From NCBI GenBank assembly GCA_965217775.1, contig CBDCJH010000002.1, forward strand, positions 5,376,001 to 5,440,000: DNA of 64,000 nt, in the 5' to 3' direction. Below are positions 39,194 through 47,462 of this stretch, in pieces. A model generated the notes under the pieces. That model saw only the letters and a list, made by a program, of their open reading frames with translations. It did no database searches and was not told where the DNA came from. This stretch comes from Acidobacteriota bacterium (GTDB lineage: Bacteria; Acidobacteriota; UBA6911; RPQK01; JAJDTT01). The translations under genes and the position numbers were made by a program. How positions within the stretch are numbered: position 1 is the first letter of the stretch; each line of letters opens with the position of its first letter.

Positions 39194-40309
39194 ATGGAGA
39201 ACTTGGCTCATTCCCTGGTGGGAGTGGCTCTGTCCCGGGCGGGGCTGGGTCGAAAGACTCCCTTTGGCACCGTCTCGCTCGTCGTGGCCGCAAACCTGCC
39301 GGATGCCGATATCGTCGTGAGCGGATGGGGGCCGCTCCACTATCTGCACCATCACCGGGGAGTGACCCATTCGGTCTTGGGTGTCCTGGTGCTGGCCCTC
39401 CTGTTCTCCCTGTTGCTCAAGTTCCTGGCCCGGTTCCGATCCGGAGACAAGGCATTTCCATTCGGTCCACTCGTTTTCAGCGTCACCCTGACCCTGGTCA
39501 GCCATCCCCTGCTGGACTGGACCAATTCCTATGGCATCCGTCCCTGGCTGCCGTTTTCCGGGAAGTGGTATTACGGCGATCTGGTCTACATCGTGGATCC
39601 CTACCTCTGGTTGATTCTGGGTGGCGCCGTATTCCTGACTGCCCAAAGAACACGTGTGACGCGCCCGGTTTGGATCGCGGTCGTGGTCTTCATCTCTTTT
39701 CTGGTGGCAGGGAATGCCGCGGCCCGCCCGGAGGGTCCGGTATTGGCGGTCGTTTTCTTTTCGGCCTTGGCGTTGATCTTGTTTCTCAAGCAACGGCGGG
39801 CGCTGTGGAGTGACTCGGCGAATCTCTGGGCCTTGGGCGGAGTCGCGGTCTATTGGGGCTTTCTGCTGATGTCTCGATCCGCAGCCTTGACGGGTGCGGC
39901 TCCTGAAATCGCTCGAGAGTATCCGCAGGTGCAAACGGAAGACCTCTCCGCATTGCCCCGTTTGGCCGATCCCTTGAGTTGGGAGATCCTGTGGCAGGAT
40001 CGGAGCCGGGTCCGTATCTGGAAAGCGTCCCTGGGCGGCGGCCGGATTGAGGGAAACCACGTCTATGAAAGGCACCTGGATCACGGTGCGGTCCAAGCGG
40101 CACTGGCCACTTGTCCCGGGCGGGTGATGGGGATTTTCGGCCGCTTCACCTTCTACCAGGTGAAACCGGAACCGGACCGAATCCTGGTTCTGGCACGAGA
40201 CGCTCGGTTCGCGCGTGTCCGGAGTTCCGGATTCGGTGTCGTCCCGATACCCCTGAGTCTCGACTTTTCGCGAAGCCTGAGCCTATTGCCCTGTCCGGGC
40301 CAAGATTGA
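39194..40309 (+). CDS. Membrane-bound metal-dependent hydrolase (YdjM/DUF457 family)
   Basis: MENLAHSL, ANLPDAD, HHRGVTHS and SHPLLDWTNSYG motifs. Confidence 0.9.
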   Translation: MENLAHSLVGVALSRAGLGRKTPFGTVSLVVAANLPDADIVVSGWGPLHYLHHHRGVTHSVLGVLVLALLFSLLLKFLARFRSGDKAFPFGPLVFSVTLTLVSHPLLDWTNSYGIRPWLPFSGKWYYGDLVYIVDPYLWLILGGAVFLTAQRTRVTRPVWIAVVVFISFLVAGNAAARPEGPVLAVVFFSALALILFLKQRRALWSDSANLWALGGVAVYWGFLLMSRSAALTGAAPEIAREYPQVQTEDLSALPRLADPLSWEILWQDRSRVRIWKASLGGGRIEGNHVYERHLDHGAVQAALATCPGRVMGIFGRFTFYQVKPEPDRILVLARDARFARVRSSGFGVVPIPLSLDFSRSLSLLPCPGQD

Positions 40310-40323
40310 GGCGGATGATATCC

Positions 40324-40348
40324 GCAGGGGCGACCCTTGTGGTCGCCC
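40324..40348. repeat. REP palindrome
   Basis: GCAGGGGCGACCCTTGTGGTCGCCC between convergent genes. Confidence 0.75.
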
Positions 40349-40384
40349 TCTGTTCAGGTTACGCAGGCTGGAGCGCCGAACGAG

Positions 40385-41371
40385 TCAACGCGCCTTCTCT
40401 TCGCGCAGCTTCCTGGTGAGCGCCGGCACGATCTCGACGAGGTCACCGACGATGCCGTAGTTGGCAAGGTTGAAGATGGGAGCGTCGGGGTCGGTGTTGA
40501 TGGCGACGATGTTGGCCGAGTTCCTCATTCCCACCACGTGTTGAATGGCGCCGGAGATGCCGCAGGCTATGTACAGGCGGGGTGAGACCGATTGGCCGGA
40601 GCTGCCGATCTGGCGGTCCCGTTCCAGCCACTCGCTGTCGACGGCCGCCCGGCTGGCGCCCACCTCGGCTCCCAGCACCTCTGCCAGTTCCTCCAGGAGA
40701 CGCAGGTTTTCCTTGCGTTTGATGCCCCGGCCTGCGGCCACGATCATGTCCGCCTTGGTCAGGTCCACTTTCTCCTTCACGGCGCCGACGGTTTCCACGA
40801 CGGTGCGGCGATGGGCCAGTCCCGAAAGGTCGACGGTCCGTTCCACCACGGTGGCATCGCCTTCCAGCAGGTCGTTGCCGGCGCCGGCTCCCGACTGAAA
40901 CGTGGCGATCCAGGGATGCGGAGACCGGACCCGAACATCCGCATTGATTCGATTGCGAAACATCTGCCGGACGAAGATCATGCTCTCGCCGTCGATTCTG
41001 CAGTCGATGCAGTCCGTCACGAGTCCGCACTTCAGGGACGCGGCCAGCTTGGGGGCCAGGTCGATGTTCTGGTAGCTGTGACCCATCAGGAAGGCCAGGG
41101 GACGGTCCTGCGCCAGGACCTGGGTCAGGGCACGGCAGTGGGCGTCCGGGTCGTACCCATCGAGTCTCTGGTGAGGGACGACCAGCGCCGCGTCGACCCG
41201 CATCCGGGCCACCTGGTCCACTGGGAACCGGTTCGGTCCGCAGAGGAGCAGTGCTTTGACCCCTAGTCCGTGCGAGTGTCCGAGTTGCTGTGCCAGAGCC
41301 AGGGTTTCCCGGGAGAGGGTGTCCACCCGTCCACTGGAGTGGTCCAACAATACGTAGATCTCACCGGTCAT
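40385..41371 (-). CDS. etfA: Electron transfer flavoprotein alpha subunit
   Basis: GASRAAVD, QIGSSG, GISGAIQH..GM and AIN.DPDAPIF motifs. Confidence 0.95.
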   Translation of the reverse strand: MTGEIYVLLDHSSGRVDTLSRETLALAQQLGHSHGLGVKALLLCGPNRFPVDQVARMRVDAALVVPHQRLDGYDPDAHCRALTQVLAQDRPLAFLMGHSYQNIDLAPKLAASLKCGLVTDCIDCRIDGESMIFVRQMFRNRINADVRVRSPHPWIATFQSGAGAGNDLLEGDATVVERTVDLSGLAHRRTVVETVGAVKEKVDLTKADMIVAAGRGIKRKENLRLLEELAEVLGAEVGASRAAVDSEWLERDRQIGSSGQSVSPRLYIACGISGAIQHVVGMRNSANIVAINTDPDAPIFNLANYGIVGDLVEIVPALTRKLREEKAR

Positions 41372-41401
41372 CGTTTCACCGTCGTATTCTGACCGCGCAC
41401 C

Positions 41402-42184
41402 CTACAGAACCTTTGCCTCTCGTCTGAGCCTGTCCACCAGCGTCGAGGCGATTTCATCCGGTGTGCCCTCGATCATCTCCGCCTTGCTGGTCTGTTCCGG
41501 GAAATAGAGGCGTTCGATCTCCAGGTGAGGCATGGAAGAGAGGTCCAACTCCAGATCGCCCAACTCGATCTTCCGGATCTCCTTGCGCCTGGCCTGCATG
41601 ATCCCCCGCAAGGTCGCATAGCGGATCTGAGAGATTCCGGCCTGGATGGTCAAGACGGCAGGGAGTGGAATCTCGACCCACTCGAACCAGCCGCTTTCCA
41701 TTTCCCGCAGGGCCCTGACGCTTCCTCGATCCGTTCGGACCTGGATCTGCATGACGATGGTGGCATGGGGAAGGCCCAGGAGGTGGGCCAGCATGGGCCC
41801 CGTCTGCGCGTAGCCGTAGTCGTCGGATTGAGTCCCGGTCAGGATCAGGTCGTATTCCTGGTCCTGCAGAACCTTCTCCAGGGCCGCGGCGACCCGGTAG
41901 GGACTCGAAAGCTCACGCTCCCGGTCCAGGATCAAGACGCCTCGATCCGCACCCATGGCCAGACCCTTGCGCATCGATTTCTCCGCTTCGGCCCGGCCGG
42001 CCGTAAGGAGGATCACCTCTCCCTGATGCTGTTCCTTGAGTTTCAGAGCCTCCTCGAGGGCGTACTCGTCGCATTCGCTGATCTCGTGGGTGACTTCCGC
42101 ATTCCCGATCCAGGAAGAATCGGGCGTCAGCTCATAGCGGGTGTCTCGACTCGGGGTTTCCTTGAGGCAAGTGACGACTTTCAT
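41402..42184 (-). CDS. etfB: Electron transfer flavoprotein beta subunit
   Basis: DEYALEEALKLKE, LAMGADR, G.QSDD and RYATLRGIM motifs. Confidence 0.95.
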   Translation of the reverse strand: MKVVTCLKETPSRDTRYELTPDSSWIGNAEVTHEISECDEYALEEALKLKEQHQGEVILLTAGRAEAEKSMRKGLAMGADRGVLILDRERELSSPYRVAAALEKVLQDQEYDLILTGTQSDDYGYAQTGPMLAHLLGLPHATIVMQIQVRTDRGSVRALREMESGWFEWVEIPLPAVLTIQAGISQIRYATLRGIMQARRKEIRKIELGDLELDLSSMPHLEIERLYFPEQTSKAEMIEGTPDEIASTLVDRLRREAKVL

Positions 42185-42618
42185 TTCCGGAACAGTCTTT
42201 CGAACATCTCCCGGGGCTCCAACGGCCGCTCCCGGACTGAAGTGGTCGCTTTCTCCACAGCCGTTCGAATCTCGAAGAACCGGCAATCGTTACGGTCGTT
42301 CTTGTTGGCAACTCTCTGAGGGATCGGCTCCGAGCACTCGAAACGGGCGCCGGGATCGAAATAGACACAGTTCTTGCACGTGTGCAGGTCGGTGGCGCAC
42401 TTGGGACACTGGCTGGTGGCGCCCACCTCCGAGGACGAGGGGGGAAGGGTCCCTCCACACATGGAACATCGAATCACTTGATGAAACTTGGTCATGCGGG
42501 GAGAGCGGGGTCCTCCCCGGGAGGGGCGTGGTCCCGAGGGGCGTGGTCCCGACGGCCTCCGTGTTCTCTGGCGCCGTTCCCGATTGTCGTCGTAGCCGTG
42601 CTGGCGGTATTTCCTCAT
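42181..42618 (-). CDS. Cys-rich putative metal-binding hypothetical protein
   Basis: CSMC, CPKC, HTCKNC, FECSE and RNDC; ATGA overlap with etfB. Confidence 0.7.
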   Translation of the reverse strand: MRKYRQHGYDDNRERRQRTRRPSGPRPSGPRPSRGGPRSPRMTKFHQVIRCSMCGGTLPPSSSEVGATSQCPKCATDLHTCKNCVYFDPGARFECSEPIPQRVANKNDRNDCRFFEIRTAVEKATTSVRERPLEPREMFERLFRK

Positions 42619-42684
42619 CGTTGCACTCCTGCCGAAAATTCGGGCCGGTAACGGAGAATCAAGCGATCCGTGAAATCGATCTAG

Positions 42685-42713
42685 TTGAGTTGCAAGCAGC
42701 CGGCGGTTACATT
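42685..42713 (+). promoter_or_regulatory. Putative sigma70 promoter (TTGAGT-17-TACATT)
   Basis: 17-nt spacing; upstream of glutaredoxin-pduO-dnaC-like genes. Confidence 0.5.
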
Positions 42714-42716
42714 GGC

Positions 42717-42798
42717 CCCGTCCGGAGCATCCTGACTCGGTTCAACTCGTCGGGCCGCCGAGAAATGAAATCGGGCCGGGAGCCCGGAAGCCGACGGG
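42717..42798 (+). ncRNA. Candidate structured 5' leader RNA (unassigned)
   Basis: Hand-folded long hairpin TCCTGACTCGGTTCA / TGAAATCGGGCCGGGA with G-U pairs, plus CTCG/CGAG inner stem. Confidence 0.3.
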
Positions 42799-42853
42799 AA
42801 CGAGGTCAGTGAGTTTTTGAAACACCTTGAAAAAACCGGTGTCCGCCATCCCC

Positions 42854-43108
42854 ATGGACCCTGTGCAAATCAGATTCTACACGCGTAAGGGATGTCACCT
42901 TTGCAAGAAGGCGCTGACAGTATTGCAGGAACTTCAGAATGAGTTCAAGTTCCGCGTGACGCTCGTCGACATCGACGGTTCCCCGCATCTCCTTGCGGCG
43001 TACGGCCAGGACATTCCGGTCGGTGAGATGGAGGGACGGGAAATTTTCAGGCATCGGATCGACAAGCACGCCATGAGGAAAATCCTGCGGCGGAGACGCA
43101 AGAGCTGA
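42854..43108 (+). CDS. Glutaredoxin-like protein (DUF836)
   Basis: YTRKGCHLC, VDID and IPV motifs. Confidence 0.85.
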   Translation: MDPVQIRFYTRKGCHLCKKALTVLQELQNEFKFRVTLVDIDGSPHLLAAYGQDIPVGEMEGREIFRHRIDKHAMRKILRRRRKS

Positions 43109-43142
43109 TGACGGACCCGATGCAGTCGAGCACCCCATCGTC

Positions 43143-43688
43143 ATGAAGATCTATACGGGCGGAGGGGACGGCGGACAGACGTCCCTGTTCAGTGGTGAAC
43201 GCGTTGGCAAAGATGCTCGACGGGTGGAGGCGTACGGAACCCTGGATGAGCTCAACTCCTTGTTGGGTTGGGCTCGGACGCAGACACGGTGCCCCGAAAT
43301 CTCGGAGATCCTGACGGCCTTGCAGTCGGAACTCTTCGAGGCTGGAGCGGACCTGGCGACGGTGGGGGACCGCCGCCGGGTTCGCCGTCTGGGCGAGGAC
43401 GCCTGGCGAAGGCTGGAGTCTCTGATCGACGAACTGGACGGCAAGCTGCCGCCGCTGAGGAACTTCGTTCTTCCCGGCGGTTCCGCCGCAGCCTCGGTCG
43501 TCCATATGGCGCGATCGGTCTGCCGAAGGGGAGAGCGTCTGCTGGTTCGCCTGATGCGGACTGAACCGGATCTCAACGAACATCTCCTGGTATACCTGAA
43601 CCGGTTGTCGGATCTGCTCTTCGTGCTGGCGCGCTACGAGAACTTCCGGGCCGGGGTGGAAGAGACTCCTTGGAGACCGCGAAATTGA
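43143..43688 (+). CDS. pduO: Cob(I)alamin adenosyltransferase, PduO type
   Basis: MKIYT..GD.GQTSL, AYGTLDELNS, FVLPGG and YLNRLSDLLF motifs. Confidence 0.95.
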   Translation: MKIYTGGGDGGQTSLFSGERVGKDARRVEAYGTLDELNSLLGWARTQTRCPEISEILTALQSELFEAGADLATVGDRRRVRRLGEDAWRRLESLIDELDGKLPPLRNFVLPGGSAAASVVHMARSVCRRGERLLVRLMRTEPDLNEHLLVYLNRLSDLLFVLARYENFRAGVEETPWRPRN

Positions 43689-44446
43689 GAAAATGGGATT
43701 CAGAATGCCCCGATTGCCGGGGTTCGGGCTGGTCCCTGGTGGTGGGAGACGGGACCGAGGTCGTGGTTTCCTGTCCTCGCTGCGGAGCCGAGGATCGCGT
43801 GGATCAGTTGCTGCGGCGGGCAAGGATCCCCGACCGCTATATATCCAAGGATTTTCGCGCCTACGATCCCGATCCCAAATATCCCTCGCAGTTGGAGGCG
43901 GTCACGAGTTCCATCCAGTTCGTGGAAGGCTTTCCGGAGGTTCACCGCGGTCTCCTCTTCAGCGGGCCTTGCGGCGTCGGCAAGACGCATTTGGCCGTCG
44001 CCGTCCTCAAGAGCCTGGTCCTGGAGAAGCAGGTCAGCGTCCGTTTCGTGGACGAAACCGAACTCCTCCGCAGACTCCAGTACTCTTTCGGGCCGGACTC
44101 CCCCGAAACCGAGAGGGAATTGCTGCGGCCTCTCTATTCCGTGGAGCTTCTGGTCTGGGACGATCTGGGTGCCGGACGTCCGACGGCGTGGGTTGCGGAG
44201 ACCATCCGGACCATTCTGAACTTTCGTTACACCCGCCAGAAACAGATCGTGCTCACCACGAACTTGCCCCTGAAGCCTGCCGGGAGCGGTTACCCCGAGA
44301 ATCTGGGAAGGGAACAGAATCTGGCCGAGAGGATCGGTGCCCCGCTCTACTCCCGGATCATGGAGATGTGCCAAGTCGTCGAAATGGACGGTCGTGACTT
44401 TCGGAGGCAAGTTTACAAGGCGAGCCTGGACGCCCAGCAGGTGTAG
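43670..44446 (+). CDS. DnaC/IstB-family ATPase with N-terminal Zn ribbon
   Basis: CPDC..GW..CPRC, GPCGVGKTHLA, LLVWDDLG, LTTN, SRI.EM and G.DFR motifs. Confidence 0.85.
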   Translation: METAKLRKWDSECPDCRGSGWSLVVGDGTEVVVSCPRCGAEDRVDQLLRRARIPDRYISKDFRAYDPDPKYPSQLEAVTSSIQFVEGFPEVHRGLLFSGPCGVGKTHLAVAVLKSLVLEKQVSVRFVDETELLRRLQYSFGPDSPETERELLRPLYSVELLVWDDLGAGRPTAWVAETIRTILNFRYTRQKQIVLTTNLPLKPAGSGYPENLGREQNLAERIGAPLYSRIMEMCQVVEMDGRDFRRQVYKASLDAQQV

Positions 44447-44520
44447 CAAGCTGGAAGCGAGTCTTCACGGAAGTTCCTATCCGATACTGCGGCAATATTC
44501 ATCGCAGATTCACCTCAGAC

Positions 44521-44529
44521 TGCTAAAAT
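44521..44529 (+). promoter_or_regulatory. Extended -10 element TGCTAAAAT (leaderless type)
   Basis: 6 nt before ATG 44536; no SD sequence. Confidence 0.6.
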
Positions 44530-44535
44530 CGCGCC

Positions 44536-45822
44536 ATGGCAAGACTACTCCCCTTTCGAGGCTACCGTTACGATTCCCGGCTGGTCCCGCGGGTGGACGA
44601 CGTCGTGACCCAACCCTACGACAAGATTTCTCCGGACATGCTTCGGCGATATCTGCGGAAGGACCCCCGGAACATCGCCCGGGTCATCAAGAATAAGGAC
44701 TACGCCGACGCAGCGCGGCATCTCTCCGACTGGATCGAGTCGGGGGTCCTGCGGCGTGACGGGGTCCCGTCGTTCTACCCCTATCGGCAGGTCTTCGAGA
44801 TCCAGGGACAATCCCACGCTCGACTGGGTTTCATCGGCCTGATCTCACTGGACGAGGCGGACTTGGCCGTTCGGGGCCACGAAAGGGTGCTGCGCGGACC
44901 ACTCCAGGACCGTCTCAACCTGATTCGCCACACCGAGTCCAACGAGGGGCTCATTTTCATGCTCTATTCGGATCCTGGATTTTCCGTGGACCGGTTGCTC
45001 GCCCGATTCACCGAGTCCACCGAACCTGTGATCCAGGTCCAGGATGAGTACGGCGTGCGCCACCAGTTGTGGCAGCTCACGCACTCGAACCTCCAGTCGG
45101 ATGTCACCGCCGCGCTCCTGAGTCATCGCCTCTACATCGCCGACGGTCATCACCGTTTCCAGACCTCGGTCGAGTACCGCAACGAGTGTCTCGCCCAAGG
45201 CTGGCGAACCTCGGGTCCGGAGAGCTTCGACAAGCGAATGATCGGGCTCTTCAACATGGAGAGTCCCGGACTCAAGGTCCTGGCGACGCATCGCGGAATC
45301 AAGAATGCGGACGAATCCCGGATCGGGCGCCTCCGGGCCGGCCTGGAGCCATTTTTCCAAGTGGACCGCGTTGCCGGCGCAGACGATCTGATTTCGCTGC
45401 TGGCGAAGGAAGGACACCGATCGGGTCTTGTCTTGGGTGATTCGGGCCATGCGTTTCTGCTCCGGCTTCGTGACCAGGCCCATTCCGATCCTGGTTTCAT
45501 GCCGGCCATTCAGGGACCGGCTCGTTCATTGGACGTGAACATTCTGCACGAAGGCATTCTCAACCCGCTTCTCGGGATCGGCGCCGAGGAACTCTCCAGC
45601 CAGAACTTCGTCGAATATTTCCGGGATCCTGCGGAACTGATCGCAAAGGTCCGAAAGGGCGAGCTTCAGGCCGGGTTTCTGTTGAATGCAACTCGCTTGG
45701 GACAGGTCAGGGAAATTTCCGATCTGGGCCAGAAAATGCCTCAGAAGTCCACCGATTTCTATCCCAAGCTCCTGACCGGACTGGTTCTGATGAAGATGGA
45801 GATGGCGAGAGGTCCGGAGTAG
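44536..45822 (+). CDS. DUF1015 domain protein
   Basis: PYDKI, HE, YIADGHHR and MPQKSTDFYPK motifs. Confidence 0.92.
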   Translation: MARLLPFRGYRYDSRLVPRVDDVVTQPYDKISPDMLRRYLRKDPRNIARVIKNKDYADAARHLSDWIESGVLRRDGVPSFYPYRQVFEIQGQSHARLGFIGLISLDEADLAVRGHERVLRGPLQDRLNLIRHTESNEGLIFMLYSDPGFSVDRLLARFTESTEPVIQVQDEYGVRHQLWQLTHSNLQSDVTAALLSHRLYIADGHHRFQTSVEYRNECLAQGWRTSGPESFDKRMIGLFNMESPGLKVLATHRGIKNADESRIGRLRAGLEPFFQVDRVAGADDLISLLAKEGHRSGLVLGDSGHAFLLRLRDQAHSDPGFMPAIQGPARSLDVNILHEGILNPLLGIGAEELSSQNFVEYFRDPAELIAKVRKGELQAGFLLNATRLGQVREISDLGQKMPQKSTDFYPKLLTGLVLMKMEMARGPE

Positions 45823-45898
45823 CTCGGCTCCGGTTCCGCGATGGGCCGGAAGCGCATTCCGGCACGGCCTCCAGTCCGCATTTCCCGCCGGGGACCCC

Positions 45899-46660
45899 AT
45901 GATTGAATCCGAATTGGCCCGGCGCCTCTCCGTCGTCCTGGTCGGGACCCGAAACCCCGGCAACATCGGTTCGGCGGCGCGCGCCCTGGTCAACATGGGC
46001 CTCCGTTGTCTCAAGCTGGTCGGTCCGGTGGCGGAGTGGAGGGAGGAGGCCGTGAGGTTGGCCTCGGGAGCCCTGGATCGGATGGACCCGATCCAGGTCC
46101 ATACCTCATTCGATGAGTCGGTGGCGGGAGCGCAAATTCTGGTGGGCACCACCTCCGGCCGGGAGAGACGAACCCATCATCCGGTGTACACACCGCGCCA
46201 GATCGCCCCGCTTCTGAAGCGGCATGCCCGAATCCACGAAGTGGCGCTGCTCTTCGGTCCCGAGAACCGGGGACTCACCGACCGTCAGCTTTCCCGCTGC
46301 CGGTACCTGGTGACGGTGCCTTCGAACGACGCCTTTCCGGTGTTGAATCTGGCTCAGACCGTCATGGTCCTCGCGTACGAGATCAACACCTGTGAGGAAG
46401 CAGATCGTGAAGTCCTCCCCGAACTCGTCACACACGGCCAACGGGAACGGCTGTTCCGGCACCTGGAGCGCGTTCTGATCCGGATCGGGTTTCTGAGTTC
46501 GTCGAATCCGGACCACATCATGAAGGACATTCGCCGGTTCCTGGGGCGCGCGGACCTGTCCGAACGGGACGTCCGAATCCTGAGAGGCATCTTCAGTCAA
46601 GTAGAATGGTACGCGCGGCACGGGGACCGGCTTCGACCCGATCAAGTGCGCAAACCGTGA
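45899..46660 (+). CDS. trmJ: SPOUT RNA methyltransferase, TrmJ/LasT family
   Basis: NPGNIGSAARA..NMG, FGPE..GL and LNLAQ motifs. Confidence 0.88.
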   Translation: MIESELARRLSVVLVGTRNPGNIGSAARALVNMGLRCLKLVGPVAEWREEAVRLASGALDRMDPIQVHTSFDESVAGAQILVGTTSGRERRTHHPVYTPRQIAPLLKRHARIHEVALLFGPENRGLTDRQLSRCRYLVTVPSNDAFPVLNLAQTVMVLAYEINTCEEADREVLPELVTHGQRERLFRHLERVLIRIGFLSSSNPDHIMKDIRRFLGRADLSERDVRILRGIFSQVEWYARHGDRLRPDQVRKP

Positions 46661-46714
46661 CGGACTGCTATGAGAGAGGGGGACCAAAGTCGGACGGCGT
46701 AACTCCAGCCGCCG

Positions 46715-47017
46715 CTAACGTGCCAGCTTGCTCTTGAATCTCCGGACCCGCCGCAGCAACTCGTGAAACGCATGGGTGATGCTGGTGGAAGGGTTGGTCG
46801 CCGTTTTACGGACCCGAATGGCCGTCTGCGGAACCACCAATACCAACACCGTTTCGCACTGCCGGCCCCGCGGCAGCATCTCGACTACGACGTGCAGGTC
46901 CAGATCGTGAGGCTTGAAGCTGGGCAGAAGTCTGCGGACCTTGGCGCTCTGTCTGCCGATCAGGCGCTGCAAGCCGGGGTCCAGCCGCAGATGCCGACCC
47001 TGAACCATGATCTTCAT
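46715..47017 (-). CDS. HPF/RaiA-family ribosome-associated protein (short form)
   Basis: MKIMVQGRHLRL N-terminus and C-terminal L.RRVRRFK.K; upstream TATACT and AAGGA. Confidence 0.65.
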   Translation of the reverse strand: MKIMVQGRHLRLDPGLQRLIGRQSAKVRRLLPSFKPHDLDLHVVVEMLPRGRQCETVLVLVVPQTAIRVRKTATNPSTSITHAFHELLRRVRRFKSKLAR

Positions 47018-47202
47018 AAGTCCTTTACAAAGTATAGTCTCGACGTCCGACCAGCATCAACTGACCAGGAGGGGGGACATTCCTGTCCCCCCTCTTCATC
47101 GCCGACCCGGAACCGCCGGCGCGAATTCTATGCTCCCAAATGCCCTTTTTCTGCCAGGATTGCGGCCGGCCCACGGTCGGTGCGGGACTTCCGAGAGCCG
47201 TC

Positions 47203-47366
47203 TACCAGCCCGTGGCAAAAGTCATCACGGCATTCGACCGTCCCTGCATCCCGGCGGACGGCGTTGCTATCGGCTCACATACTCCCGGTATGCACCCGAA
47301 TCGCGCCTTGTCCGGCGGGCGCAGGAACGGTCTCGGTGCTCGCGGGACTTTCACCACGGACTGCTA
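47203..47366. mobile_element. 164-bp MITE-like element, copy 2 (inverted)
   Basis: Reverse complement of 2451-2614 with about 6 mismatches; TA at both ends. Confidence 0.85.
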
Positions 47367-47462
47367 CAGAGTTGTGACGGACGGCCCGGAGCTCCCGTGG
47401 CGACTCCTGACGCGGGCTGATAGACTCCGCTGTCCTGACCGCAACATCGATGGAGTGATGAA

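Noticed and set aside
42680-42810. SRP RNA, 6S RNA or cobalamin riboswitch
   Set aside because: AAGCAGCC and GAACCGAGTCAGG fragments lie on opposite strands, and the conserved cores are missing; kept only as an unassigned candidate leader.
43670-44446. IS21 element or prophage replication module
   Set aside because: No IstA, terminal repeats or phage genes nearby.
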